Assembly: GCA_018671245.1 (NCBI GenBank)
Contig: JABHIB010000001.1
Span: forward strand, 31,888 to 95,887
Length of the DNA: 64,000 bases
DNA from: an archaeon
GTDB lineage: Archaea > Nanobdellota > Nanobdellia > SCGC-AAA011-G17 > PNOQ01
Direction: 5' to 3'
The translations under genes were made by a program, and so were the position numbers. This document shows, piece after piece, positions 9,318-18,244 of the stretch. The first letter of the stretch is position 1, and the number at the start of each line of letters is the position of its first letter. Under the pieces are notes generated by a model. It saw nothing but the letters and a program-made list of their open reading frames with translations, did not search any database and was not told where the DNA came from.

Positions 9318-9779
9318 TCATTGTTTGAGTATAACTACATTAGTCATTCCACGTCGTTTTCTTTCAATGATTTTCAAACCTTCCAATCTATCGAGAATTC
9401 TAGTGATTTTGACTTTATTAAATTCAGTTTTTTCAACTAATTCAGATTGGAATATGCTACCTTCGGCCTCTTCTATCTTATCTAAAACAAAGTTTTCATC
9501 ATCATTTAAATTTTTAAATATTTCTTTATTTTCTTTTTTCTTCTTATGAAATATTTTTTTCTCTGAAAAAAAGAAATATATACCGATTATTAATATGAAC
9601 AAAATTAGCCCAATACTAATGTTTGTTTGTAATTCTATTGTCCCCCACATAACACATGAAGGTCCATGGGAACAAGATTCGGCAACTATATCTTTCAGAG
9701 CTTTATTGAAAGAAAACACTATAAATCCTATTAATAAAGATACACTAATCAAAAGTACGCCTACTTGTTCATTCTTCAT
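9318..9779 (-). CDS. membrane-anchored winged-HTH (MarR-like) regulator
   Basis: two hydrophobic helices flanking SCSHGPSCVM; C-terminal IFQSELVEKTEFNKVKITRILDRLE...RRGMTN wHTH. Confidence 0.8.
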   Translation of the reverse strand: MKNEQVGVLLISVSLLIGFIVFSFNKALKDIVAESCSHGPSCVMWGTIELQTNISIGLILFILIIGIYFFFSEKKIFHKKKKENKEIFKNLNDDENFVLDKIEEAEGSIFQSELVEKTEFNKVKITRILDRLEGLKIIERKRRGMTNVVILKQ

Positions 9780-11242
9780 TTTATCCTCTCAAACTTTAAA
9801 TCGCCATTAAGCAATTCTCTAAAAACACTTTTCAATTCAGAAACCTTAACTCTAACTTGACTCATAGTAGCAATCTCTCTCACAGTAACATCTCCATTCT
9901 TAACAGAATCATGATCTACAGTTATACAAAAAGAAGTACCAATTTCATCCATTCTTCTATATCTCCTACCTATCGAACCAGAGTCATCATAGTTACAAAT
10001 AAATTCTTTATCAAGATCAATAAATACCTCTTTTGCTAAATCATCCATTCCCTCTTTTTTCATTAAAGGAAATATTGCCACATCTATTGGAGCCATACCT
10101 TTATCAAAATCTAACCACTCCCTTTCTTTATCTTCAACTAAAGAATTTTCTAATAGTGCATAAGTTGTTCTTTCAACACCCATAGCAATTTCCAATATCC
10201 TAGGAGTTTCTCCAGAGACTTGCATTTTGGTTTTAGAATACTCTGCATGTCTTTTCAAATCGTAATCTTTCCTATCATGCACTCCACAGAGTTCAATCCA
10301 CCCATATCTATCTGTATTTATCTCAATATCCCATGCATCATCTGCATAAAATGCTAATTTATCAGGACTGTGTTGGATTATTCTAATCTTCTTTTCATCA
10401 AAGCCCATATCTTTGTATAATTTGTAAGCGACATAAACCATGTAAGCATAAGCTTCTTTTTTCATATATTTCTCTTTAACAATATCTTTCAATTTAACTC
10501 TCTTAATTGATTTAGAATCATGTTTAATCAACGGTAAGACTTCATCAGCATAATCATTAATTTTTTCATATTTTTTCTCTTGATCTTTCAAGATAAATAG
10601 CTGTGCTTCTGCTTGTGTAAACTCTCTAGTTCTAAATACACTTTGCCTAGGACTAATCTCATTTCTATATGCTTTACCAATTTGGAACACTCCGAAAGGT
10701 AATTTAGTTCTAAAGAATCTAAAATATTCTGGATAAAGTAAGTAAGTAGTAGTTGCAGTTTCAGGTCTCAAATAAGCTTCTTGATCCATTCCAATTTTAG
10801 TTTTCATCATCATATCAAAGTTCTCAATAGATCCAAGATCTCCACCACACTGACATTTAATCTTTTTCTTATCGACAATTTCTCTCAATTTTTCAGTATT
10901 CAAACCCTCTACATCTAAATCTGGATATTTTTCATTAATAACACTATCAACTCTAAAATAAGAATCGCATTTTAAACATTTAGAAATTGGATCACTAAAT
11001 CCTTCTAGGTGTCCTGAAGCTTCCCAAACTTTTTTAGGCATTATAGTAGGACATTCAACTTCCCAAAAACTAAAACTAGTAAATCCATGTCTTAAAACAT
11101 TCTCAACTTTATTTTTTAATAATTTACCTAATGGTCCCCAATCATAAAATCCTTTTAAACCACCATGATAAATATTCGGACTAGGTCCCCAAACAAAACC
11201 TCTTCTTTTAGCCAAGTCCATTACTTTATCTTCAACTTTCAT
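9776..11242 (-). CDS. glyS: glycine--tRNA ligase (alpha2 type)
   Basis: LRPETA, RNEISPRQ..R.REF.QAE, SGSIGRRYRR.DEIG. Confidence 0.95.
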   Translation of the reverse strand: MKVEDKVMDLAKRRGFVWGPSPNIYHGGLKGFYDWGPLGKLLKNKVENVLRHGFTSFSFWEVECPTIMPKKVWEASGHLEGFSDPISKCLKCDSYFRVDSVINEKYPDLDVEGLNTEKLREIVDKKKIKCQCGGDLGSIENFDMMMKTKIGMDQEAYLRPETATTTYLLYPEYFRFFRTKLPFGVFQIGKAYRNEISPRQSVFRTREFTQAEAQLFILKDQEKKYEKINDYADEVLPLIKHDSKSIKRVKLKDIVKEKYMKKEAYAYMVYVAYKLYKDMGFDEKKIRIIQHSPDKLAFYADDAWDIEINTDRYGWIELCGVHDRKDYDLKRHAEYSKTKMQVSGETPRILEIAMGVERTTYALLENSLVEDKEREWLDFDKGMAPIDVAIFPLMKKEGMDDLAKEVFIDLDKEFICNYDDSGSIGRRYRRMDEIGTSFCITVDHDSVKNGDVTVREIATMSQVRVKVSELKSVFRELLNGDLKFERIK

Positions 11243-11284
11243 ATTCTTTTAGAAATTTATGTATTTTTATAAGTTTTGTTTAAT

Positions 11285-11803
11285 TCAATGCATAATGTTC
11301 AATATCCAAACTATCAATTCAAATGAATAGAGTCCAGCATATGCAACCAGAGTGTATCTAATAGTCTTACCTGCTAGAGTAGCTAAAAAGAATTTACTGA
11401 ATTTATAATGCAGTGTTCCACACGCAATACCAATTAGATCAAAAGGAAATGGCGTAAGGGAACCCAATGTAATAAACAAACTACCATATTTAGAAATTTT
11501 ATTTTTAGTGACATTAATTTTTTTCAGATTTTTCTTACTAATTTTTTGATAAGTCTTCCTTCCAATAAAACCTATAAGATATCCTGAACACTCACCAATT
11601 GCAGAACCTGTACCCATGATCAGACCAAAGATAATAGGAGTAAGGTGCCCATAAGGGTTAGTTCCTGCCAAAGTAAAAGTAAAGAGGTCTAAGGGGATTG
11701 GAAAAAAGATTGTAGCATTTGCTATAATCGATGCAAAGAACAGGCCAATAATAAAAAAACCCGAACCAAAAAATGTAATAGTATTTTGAATAAGATCTAT
11801 CAT
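11285..11803 (-). CDS. DedA/VTT (SNARE-associated) membrane protein
   Basis: IFFPIP, GSAIGE..GY.IG, PFPFDLIGI..G, GK.IRY. Confidence 0.8.
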   Translation of the reverse strand: MIDLIQNTITFFGSGFFIIGLFFASIIANATIFFPIPLDLFTFTLAGTNPYGHLTPIIFGLIMGTGSAIGECSGYLIGFIGRKTYQKISKKNLKKINVTKNKISKYGSLFITLGSLTPFPFDLIGIACGTLHYKFSKFFLATLAGKTIRYTLVAYAGLYSFELIVWILNIMH

Positions 11804-11887
11804 AGTTACATCAAGATTATTTTAATTCATTTTTATACTTTTTGATTTAGAGAACTTTTATAAATGATTAAATAAAGATTAAATCAG

Positions 11888-12621
11888 ATGGTTAAGAAGA
11901 AAGAATCAGTTAGTGATGATTATCAAATTCATTCTACAAGCATTATAGATCGTTTAGAAAAAAAGCAGGATATTCAGAAGCACTAACGAAAAGACTTTCA
12001 GAATATATCAATCCAAGACATTTAATGCAAATTGGATTCATAAGCGGACTTTTAGCAGGAATATGTTTTTTTCTAACAACTTTTAGCAAGTATTGGTTTA
12101 TAGGATCAATAATTTTGGTAGGAGTTTATTTTTTCTGTGATAGAAATGATGGACGGCTGGCAAGATACAAAGGAACTGTAAGTAAGCGAGGATACTATGC
12201 AGACCATATGTTTGATACTATAATTGTATTTGCATTGCTATTAGGATTGGGTGCCTCACCTGGAATGAATATTGTAATAGCATTACTGATAGTTTCAGCA
12301 TATCACACTTTAGAAATAGAAGTATTCCTAACAACATATGTAAGAAAACTATTCAAAAGTTCATTTTCAATTTTTAGTCCTGCAGAGGGTTTAAGTATAA
12401 TAATGTTAATGAGTTTAATTAGCATGATTCTGCCATATCCTCTATACTTATTCGAACTTCCAATATTTGGAGGATTTAATGTAACTCTTCTTGATTTAAT
12501 TGGATCAATAGTTATTGTTCTACTATCTATTTTCGCTTTTGGAGCAATCCGTACTAATCTAAATTACTTAGGAAAGAAAGAAAGGTTGTACAAAACTAAG
12601 AGTTTTAAAGATTATTTCTAA
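11888..12621 (+). CDS. CDP-alcohol phosphatidyltransferase, apparently frameshifted near 11959-11965
   Basis: DRNDGRLAR...GYYADH.FD signature in ORF 12025-12621; N-terminal part read from ATG 11888 joins by a -1 shift at an A7 run. Confidence 0.75.
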
Positions 12622-12625
12622 GAAC

Positions 12626-13657
12626 TTATTCAAACTTTTCATGAGTAAGACCAAGATATGCTAATGCTGAATACCCTGCTACAATTCCAAGCAAATAGTA
12701 CATTGCCCTTTGGATAATAATCACTGAAACTCCTATAACTGGATCAATTGCTAAGGCGATAAATAAGGCAAATAAGGCCGATTCTGTAAGTCCTACTCCT
12801 CCAGGTAGAAGAGATAATAGCGAGATTAATTTGGCCATAGAAATGGCAACTATCAAGTAAGATATTGAAATCGGATAATCAAGTGCTAAGAAAATTAAAT
12901 AAAAGGAAAAGTAAAACATGAAAATAGAAGTTGAACCAAGTAAGAGTGCACTGCCTAACAATCTCTTCTCTTTTATTGATTCAGTTATGTATAAAAAGAA
13001 TTTATTTACAGATGTGTGGATTTTCTCTTGAAATGATTTAAAATTTTTAAACCTTTTCTTAAAATATTTCATTTTATAGATTGTAAGGATAGTCTTCTCT
13101 ACCAATTTTCTCATACCCATTAAATTGTGTTTCAAGAAAAGAGCAATTGCTACAACTAAGGAAATTAAAATAATCAAAGAAACAAATGCTGCCTTAATCT
13201 CAATAGGCACTTTGATTTGTGAACCAATATAGATAAAAGAATAAATTATTACTGGAATCATTAACAACTCTCCATAAAATAGCTTTTCTATTAAAGCAAC
13301 TGAGATTGAATCAGTGAGTGATCTTTTTTCAACTTTGGAAACATAATATCCTCTGACTGCCTCTCCACCAACACCTCCCGAAGGGGTGATCAATGTAATG
13401 AATGCGCCAGCAAGAGTCAATAAAAACAATTTTGGAAATTTCAGAACCTTTGGTTTCAGAAATAATCTCCATCTGACCGTGTTCAATATGTGTGCCGATA
13501 ATAATGCTAAAAATGCACATAACACAAGATAAGGATTTGCTTTAGAGATCTCCCCAATAATTCTCTTGACACCTATAGAATGAATAACAAATATTGCTAA
13601 AACTAAAAAGAATATTAACAATCCTCTAACTGATATCTTCTTTCTTCTCGATGCCAT
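12626..13657 (-). CDS. lysylphosphatidylglycerol synthase TM / UPF0104 flippase-like protein
   Basis: RW, TPSGGVGGE.R, LPGGVGLTE; many TM helices. Confidence 0.8.
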   Translation of the reverse strand: MASRRKKISVRGLLIFFLVLAIFVIHSIGVKRIIGEISKANPYLVLCAFLALLSAHILNTVRWRLFLKPKVLKFPKLFLLTLAGAFITLITPSGGVGGEAVRGYYVSKVEKRSLTDSISVALIEKLFYGELLMIPVIIYSFIYIGSQIKVPIEIKAAFVSLIILISLVVAIALFLKHNLMGMRKLVEKTILTIYKMKYFKKRFKNFKSFQEKIHTSVNKFFLYITESIKEKRLLGSALLLGSTSIFMFYFSFYLIFLALDYPISISYLIVAISMAKLISLLSLLPGGVGLTESALFALFIALAIDPVIGVSVIIIQRAMYYLLGIVAGYSALAYLGLTHEKFE

Positions 13658-13717
13658 CTACATAATTTCTTGAGTTTTTTGTTTTATATATGTTTTGTTA
13701 CAAGTTTTAACAAGAAT

Positions 13718-14344
13718 TCAGTTATCAACATCTCTTAAACTAATAATCCCTCTCTCTTCAAGTCTAGGACACGCACTATTTATCCAATACTCAATGTCTG
13801 AGAAATCTTCAAGTTTATTAGTATCGATATCATTAGTTAGAAAAATATAACTAGATTTATTTGACTTTCTAGCAAATTTTAAAGAGCCATTTAAATTTTC
13901 TTGGCCAGGTTTAGTAGTCACTAAAATACCTATTTTATCAGAAGAGTAAAATTTTGCTAATTTTGCCATTCTTTTTTTCTTAAGCCTTTCAATTTCAACA
14001 GTACTTACCGAAGAAAAACTTTCACTTGTAGGATTAAATTGGTAGTATTTTGTAATTTCAGTTTTGTCTAATACTTCAAGTAAATGAAACATTCCACTAC
14101 CAATAAATAAAAAAGCATTCACAGAATCTTTAAATTTTAACATATTGTTAACGTTACATCCTACTACTTGCCCTACGATATCTACCTCATGGCCAGAATT
14201 TTCAAGATGAGTTTTAACTTGTTCAAGTAAATGTGTAGTTTGGATTGTACCTATAATGCCTATCTTCTTCTCTTTGATTTTAATTTTATCTAATCTTTTC
14301 AAAGAGTCTATACTATATTTCGCATTAACAAACAATGTTTTCAT
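13718..14344 (-). CDS. dph2: diphthamide synthesis protein (Dph2-like, short form)
   Basis: GQVVGCN, GSGMFH, TTKPGQ, SACPRL. Confidence 0.8.
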   Translation of the reverse strand: MKTLFVNAKYSIDSLKRLDKIKIKEKKIGIIGTIQTTHLLEQVKTHLENSGHEVDIVGQVVGCNVNNMLKFKDSVNAFLFIGSGMFHLLEVLDKTEITKYYQFNPTSESFSSVSTVEIERLKKKRMAKLAKFYSSDKIGILVTTKPGQENLNGSLKFARKSNKSSYIFLTNDIDTNKLEDFSDIEYWINSACPRLEERGIISLRDVDN

Positions 14345-14865
14345 TTTTTCTTAGTTTTAGTAATGATTGCTTTGTCAGAAATAATTGCAGAGTTACCAGA
14401 AGGATCATCTATGATGATTTTCAGTTTAACATCTCCTTCTTTTATTTTCCAGATCTTTTTCAATAAGTTTTTAGCAGATTTTCTAACACTTTTATCTTCA
14501 CTAGTATCTCTTTGATCTTTTATAATTTTTTCAAATCTGGTTATGACTCCTTCTATATTTGAGACATATCCTTCAGAATTGCTACCTGGTTCGACAGACA
14601 TTCTCATCTGAGGGATTTTAACAGTCGCATTAGCTGATTTAATCACCTGGACATTTAAATCTTTTACAGATTCAATTGTAAATGTGTATTTTGCAGGATC
14701 TTTGACTTCCAAAGTTTCAATATCTGATTTTGAATAGTTACAACTTCCACAATTCATTGAAAATAAAAGTGCTTCTCCGAAATTAGGAATGTTATAGTCT
14801 TCTTGACTTAATGTAAGTGTTTTTTTCCCACATACAGGACAAGGTTGATGTTTTAGTTCTTCCAT
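14341..14865 (-). CDS. ZPR1 zinc-finger protein
   Basis: CPVC...IPNFG...CGSC, EGYVSNIEG, DPSGNS. Confidence 0.9.
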   Translation of the reverse strand: MEELKHQPCPVCGKKTLTLSQEDYNIPNFGEALLFSMNCGSCNYSKSDIETLEVKDPAKYTFTIESVKDLNVQVIKSANATVKIPQMRMSVEPGSNSEGYVSNIEGVITRFEKIIKDQRDTSEDKSVRKSAKNLLKKIWKIKEGDVKLKIIIDDPSGNSAIISDKAIITKTKKK

Positions 14866-14965
14866 ATTATTATTTTCATCAAGTAATATATTTATAAATT
14901 TATCTAAGTTAAAGAAGTAGTTCACACTCTATAGAATTAAAAAATTAAAAAAAGAAAATAGATTA

Positions 14966-15364
14966 TTATTCGTCAATATTGCCGATTTCTTTGTTTTCCC
15001 TATGAACTCCTGCAAATCCAGGTGTAGCCACAATCCAATCCTCTCCGAATCCAGCTATATCTCCGTCTATTGCATCACAAGTTTTTTTAAGCTTATTAAC
15101 AGCCCTTTTCAATTCAACAACATCTGTATCTTTCAAAGGTTTTATGTTTATTAGAGCGATAGTATACCCTTCTCTTAGAGAATCCAAAACAGGTTTAACA
15201 TCAGCGAAATCATCAATTACAAATGGTCTTACGATGATTTTTGCTTTAGGTGTATCACCTTTTGAATCCAATTCAACATAGTCTTCAGCAAATTCCTCTG
15301 GGAAATCTGACTCTTCATATTCGCTCATAAATTTATCTTTAAATTTTGAAAAAAGTTTTACCAT
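14966..15364 (-). CDS. sepF: cell division protein SepF
   Basis: LREGYTIALINI...LKRAVNKLK...GDIAG...IVATP. Confidence 0.88.
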   Translation of the reverse strand: MVKLFSKFKDKFMSEYEESDFPEEFAEDYVELDSKGDTPKAKIIVRPFVIDDFADVKPVLDSLREGYTIALINIKPLKDTDVVELKRAVNKLKKTCDAIDGDIAGFGEDWIVATPGFAGVHRENKEIGNIDE

Positions 15365-15414
15365 TTTGTTCTCCTTTTATAATTGAAGTAATGACGCTAA
15401 ATATATAAATATTT

Positions 15415-15663
15415 CTATTGTTTAATGCACTCTAATTCGCTAGTTATTGACCAAAGAATTGTTTTAATATCAGAAGGAGTATTCATATCCGTAGATACAT
15501 CATCAAGTTCTTGAAGAGATCTATTTATTCGGATTGCCAAACTTGTCTCTTCTTCAGAAAGTGCTGCACATGCAATCCTAATTTTTTCCCTCATATTTCG
15601 AGGAACTCCATCCTCTCGCTCAAGGGAACCTAATCTATCGATTATATCAATAACTTCATTCAT
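15415..15663 (-). CDS. UPF0147 family protein
   Basis: D.GVPRN.R, D.NTP, LWSITSELE. Confidence 0.75.
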   Translation of the reverse strand: MNEVIDIIDRLGSLEREDGVPRNMREKIRIACAALSEEETSLAIRINRSLQELDDVSTDMNTPSDIKTILWSITSELECIKQ

Positions 15664-15991
15664 TTTTTGGGGAAAGTTTCTCTAATTTTTCTCTAATAAC
15701 TTTAGAATCTTCTTTTAGCTTGTTTTCCTGTTTTTCTAATGTTTTTATTTTTTCTTCAAACAGTTCTTTTTTCTCTTTTAATTCAGCATTAAGATCGTCT
15801 TTAGTTGATGAGATCATAATATTTCCCACTATTTTGTAAGCAGTTTCAGCATTCTTCAACTCAATAATTGCATTCTCTACTTCTAACATATTGCTTTGAA
15901 AATTTTGCTTTTGCATGATTACTGATTGTAGCTTTTGCTCAATCATTTGAAGCTTTCCTATTTCCATTTGTGTTTCTTTATCCATTTCCAT
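15656..15991 (-). CDS. pfdB: prefoldin subunit beta
   Basis: coiled coils flanking AYKIVGNIMI; syntenic with rpo12 and rpl37ae. Confidence 0.9.
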   Translation of the reverse strand: MEMDKETQMEIGKLQMIEQKLQSVIMQKQNFQSNMLEVENAIIELKNAETAYKIVGNIMISSTKDDLNAELKEKKELFEEKIKTLEKQENKLKEDSKVIREKLEKLSPKNE

Positions 15992-15992
15992 T

Positions 15993-16130
15993 TTATTCAG
16001 CCTTCACTTTTGAGTTAACCACTCTAGGTTTGTAAATTATTTTTGATCCACAATAAGGGCATCTAACTCTTCTTCTAACATAATCTTCGCTTACAACTTT
16101 TGAGCAATTAAAACATTTGTATACTACCAT
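15993..16130 (-). CDS. rpo12: DNA-directed RNA polymerase subunit P (Rpo12)
   Basis: YKCFNC...VRCPYCGSKIIYKPR. Confidence 0.92.
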   Translation of the reverse strand: MVVYKCFNCSKVVSEDYVRRRVRCPYCGSKIIYKPRVVNSKVKAE

Positions 16131-16131
16131 T

Positions 16132-16353
16132 TTATTCTTTAAATGAATATGCTCCTCCAGCAAATTTAGTGTCACACTTTTTACAACTCCATATTCCTAT
16201 AGAGACTCTCTTAACTTTTCTTTGATGGCATAGCGGGCATTTATACAGAGCTTTTTGTTTTTTCTCTATTTTAGAGATTTTCTGTCTAATCGGTGCACCA
16301 TATCTTGGTCCGAACCGTTTTCCACTTTCGCCTTTCTTTTTTGTTTTTGCCAT
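16132..16353 (-). CDS. rpl37ae: 50S ribosomal protein L37ae (eL43)
   Basis: RFGPRYG, CPLC...GIWSCKKC...FAGGAY. Confidence 0.95.
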   Translation of the reverse strand: MAKTKKKGESGKRFGPRYGAPIRQKISKIEKKQKALYKCPLCHQRKVKRVSIGIWSCKKCDTKFAGGAYSFKE

Positions 16354-16371
16354 GTTTCTTTATTTTTAAAA

Positions 16372-16445
16372 TGGGGCTACTCGGATTTGAACCGAGATCA
16401 CCGGCTCCCAAAGCCGGAAGGCTAGCCAAGTTACCCCATAGCCCC
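16372..16445 (-). tRNA. tRNA-Pro(TGG)
   Basis: GGGGCTA acceptor stem, CCGGC-TTTGGGA-GCCGG anticodon arm, GGTTCAAATCC T arm; no encoded CCA. Confidence 0.95.
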
Positions 16446-16493
16446 ATGAGTTCAGGGCTGCCTTTTAGTTATTTAAATCTTTTGATTAGAGAG

Positions 16494-17159
16494 CTATTTT
16501 TTCTCAACAGGCTCTTCCTTCTTTTCCTCTGGCTTTCCTTCTTCTCCAGATTCTTCTTTTCCTTCTTCGCCTTCACTAGCTTTTTCAAGGGCTGCTTGTG
16601 ATTTCTCTAGCTCACTCTTAATAGTATCTAATTGCGATTTTAATTTTGCTCTCTTCTCGTCGCTAAGATCAGTTTTTTCAGAGTTTATTTCATTATCATA
16701 AACTCCTTGATCAATCTCTTGCTCAACATCACGAGGAGACTTTCCTTCAACAAGTACACCCATTGTAATACAACTTCCAACAACAGATTTAACTCCTGCC
16801 TTAAGAGTATTAACAATTAATGAATCTTTTTTCATTCTAGATATCTTGATTGCTTGTTCGATAGCAAGATTGCCAACTTTATTAATATGTGACTCTCCAG
16901 ATCCTTTTTGGATAACAAGTTCTTTTTTGATTAGCTCAGAAACAGGAGGAGTACCAACTTCTAATTCGAATTCTTTTGTACTTGTATCAACAGATACACT
17001 AACCGGGACCTTCATTCCTGCGAAATCTGCAGTTCTTTTATTTATCTCGCCCAATATGTCTTGGATATTTACACCCAAAGGTCCAAATGCTTGACCCATC
17101 TGTGGACCAGGACTAGCCTTCCCACCTTCAATTATAATATCTACTATTTCTTTAGCCAT
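16494..17159 (-). CDS. rpl11: 50S ribosomal protein L11 with acidic C-terminal extension
   Basis: GGKASPGP.G.AFGPLGVN, GMKVPV, GTPP. Confidence 0.95.
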   Translation of the reverse strand: MAKEIVDIIIEGGKASPGPQMGQAFGPLGVNIQDILGEINKRTADFAGMKVPVSVSVDTSTKEFELEVGTPPVSELIKKELVIQKGSGESHINKVGNLAIEQAIKISRMKKDSLIVNTLKAGVKSVVGSCITMGVLVEGKSPRDVEQEIDQGVYDNEINSEKTDLSDEKRAKLKSQLDTIKSELEKSQAALEKASEGEEGKEESGEEGKPEEKKEEPVEKK

Positions 17160-17163
17160 TTTA

Positions 17164-17628
17164 TTATTCCTCATCTCCTTCTCTTCTTATTGTTTTTACG
17201 GAGTCAAGATTTACTGTAATTGGTATAGGTACCGCTGCTTCAAGAAGCTCAACTATTACTTCTTCTTTAGTTTTATCTATCCTATTAATTTTTGCTTGTT
17301 CTCCTTTGAATGGACCTGATATAATCTCTACCACATCCCCAACTTTAACATTAATTTGAGCCTTGACATGCTCTAACATATGTTCTATCTCTGAGTAACT
17401 TACTGATTTACGAAGTAAACCTTTCGCATAAGGAACTCCTTGATATGAGGTTTCAGCACTTTCATATGAGTCTGCCTCAATAAAAATATATCCTCTAAGA
17501 CCATGTGGTCTAATGATACTATAAACATTCAATCCTTTTTTCATAACATTTTCTGAAATGAAATCGAGAACCTGATCTTCTCTATTCGCCGTAACTTTTA
17601 ATGCAAATATTAAATTTTTTTCTTCCAT
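17164..17628 (-). CDS. spt5: transcription elongation factor Spt5 (NusG-like)
   Basis: NGN domain with GYIFIE; KOW motif GDVVEIISGPFKGE. Confidence 0.95.
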   Translation of the reverse strand: MEEKNLIFALKVTANREDQVLDFISENVMKKGLNVYSIIRPHGLRGYIFIEADSYESAETSYQGVPYAKGLLRKSVSYSEIEHMLEHVKAQINVKVGDVVEIISGPFKGEQAKINRIDKTKEEVIVELLEAAVPIPITVNLDSVKTIRREGDEE

Positions 17629-17630
17629 TT

Positions 17631-17834
17631 TTAATCTATTATTTTCCAAATCAAATGTATCAGGAATCCGATTGCTCCTATAATCAAGATTCCTATTCCA
17701 GTAACTTTAACAATTACTTTATATTCATCATTTGATGGTTTTTTGGTTATCTTAAATACTCTCTTGCATTGAAATATAAATCTTTTTAGTTTAGATAATA
17801 CATTCCCGCTTTCCTTAATTTGTTCGTGTTCCAT
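17631..17834 (-). CDS. secE: protein translocase SecE / Sec61 gamma
   Basis: RVFKITKKPS..EY...GIGILIIGAIGF. Confidence 0.92.
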   Translation of the reverse strand: MEHEQIKESGNVLSKLKRFIFQCKRVFKITKKPSNDEYKVIVKVTGIGILIIGAIGFLIHLIWKIID

Positions 17835-17895
17835 CTTGTCTTTTTAATAATCAAAGAATTATTATCTGGTGGAGTGTTCTGGTTTTTAAAGGTTT

Positions 17896-18174
17896 CTATC
17901 TCTTATTTTTGGAAAAATACAGAGATACTACCAGAAATAACGTCAAAACCATGAATATGCTAATTAAATTAGGGATCGAACTTTCAGGACCCAACATAGG
18001 TTCTGGTGCTTCAATAATTTCTTCAACACTTTCATTAATCTCTTCTACTTCGCTCCCATCATGCACAACATATCCTGTAGTCCCAACACTTAGTGTATAT
18101 GAGAATACTCCTACCCAAACAAAAATAAGTAGGGCCGAAAGAACTACAACCAATGGATTGAGTTTATTTTTCAT
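17896..18174 (-). CDS. small hypothetical membrane protein (2 TM)
   Basis: N- and C-terminal hydrophobic helices, acidic linker, basic tail; co-oriented between ftsZ and secE. Confidence 0.65.
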   Translation of the reverse strand: MKNKLNPLVVVLSALLIFVWVGVFSYTLSVGTTGYVVHDGSEVEEINESVEEIIEAPEPMLGPESSIPNLISIFMVLTLFLVVSLYFSKNKR

Positions 18175-18244
18175 ATTTTAAAAACCTCTCTTAAGTAATT
18201 AAAATAATAAATTAAAAAAGAAATATATAAGGCTTTCTCAAGAT

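Noticed and set aside
16293..16601. 102-aa plus-strand ORF
   Set aside because: Antisense to rpl37ae, tRNA-Pro and rpl11
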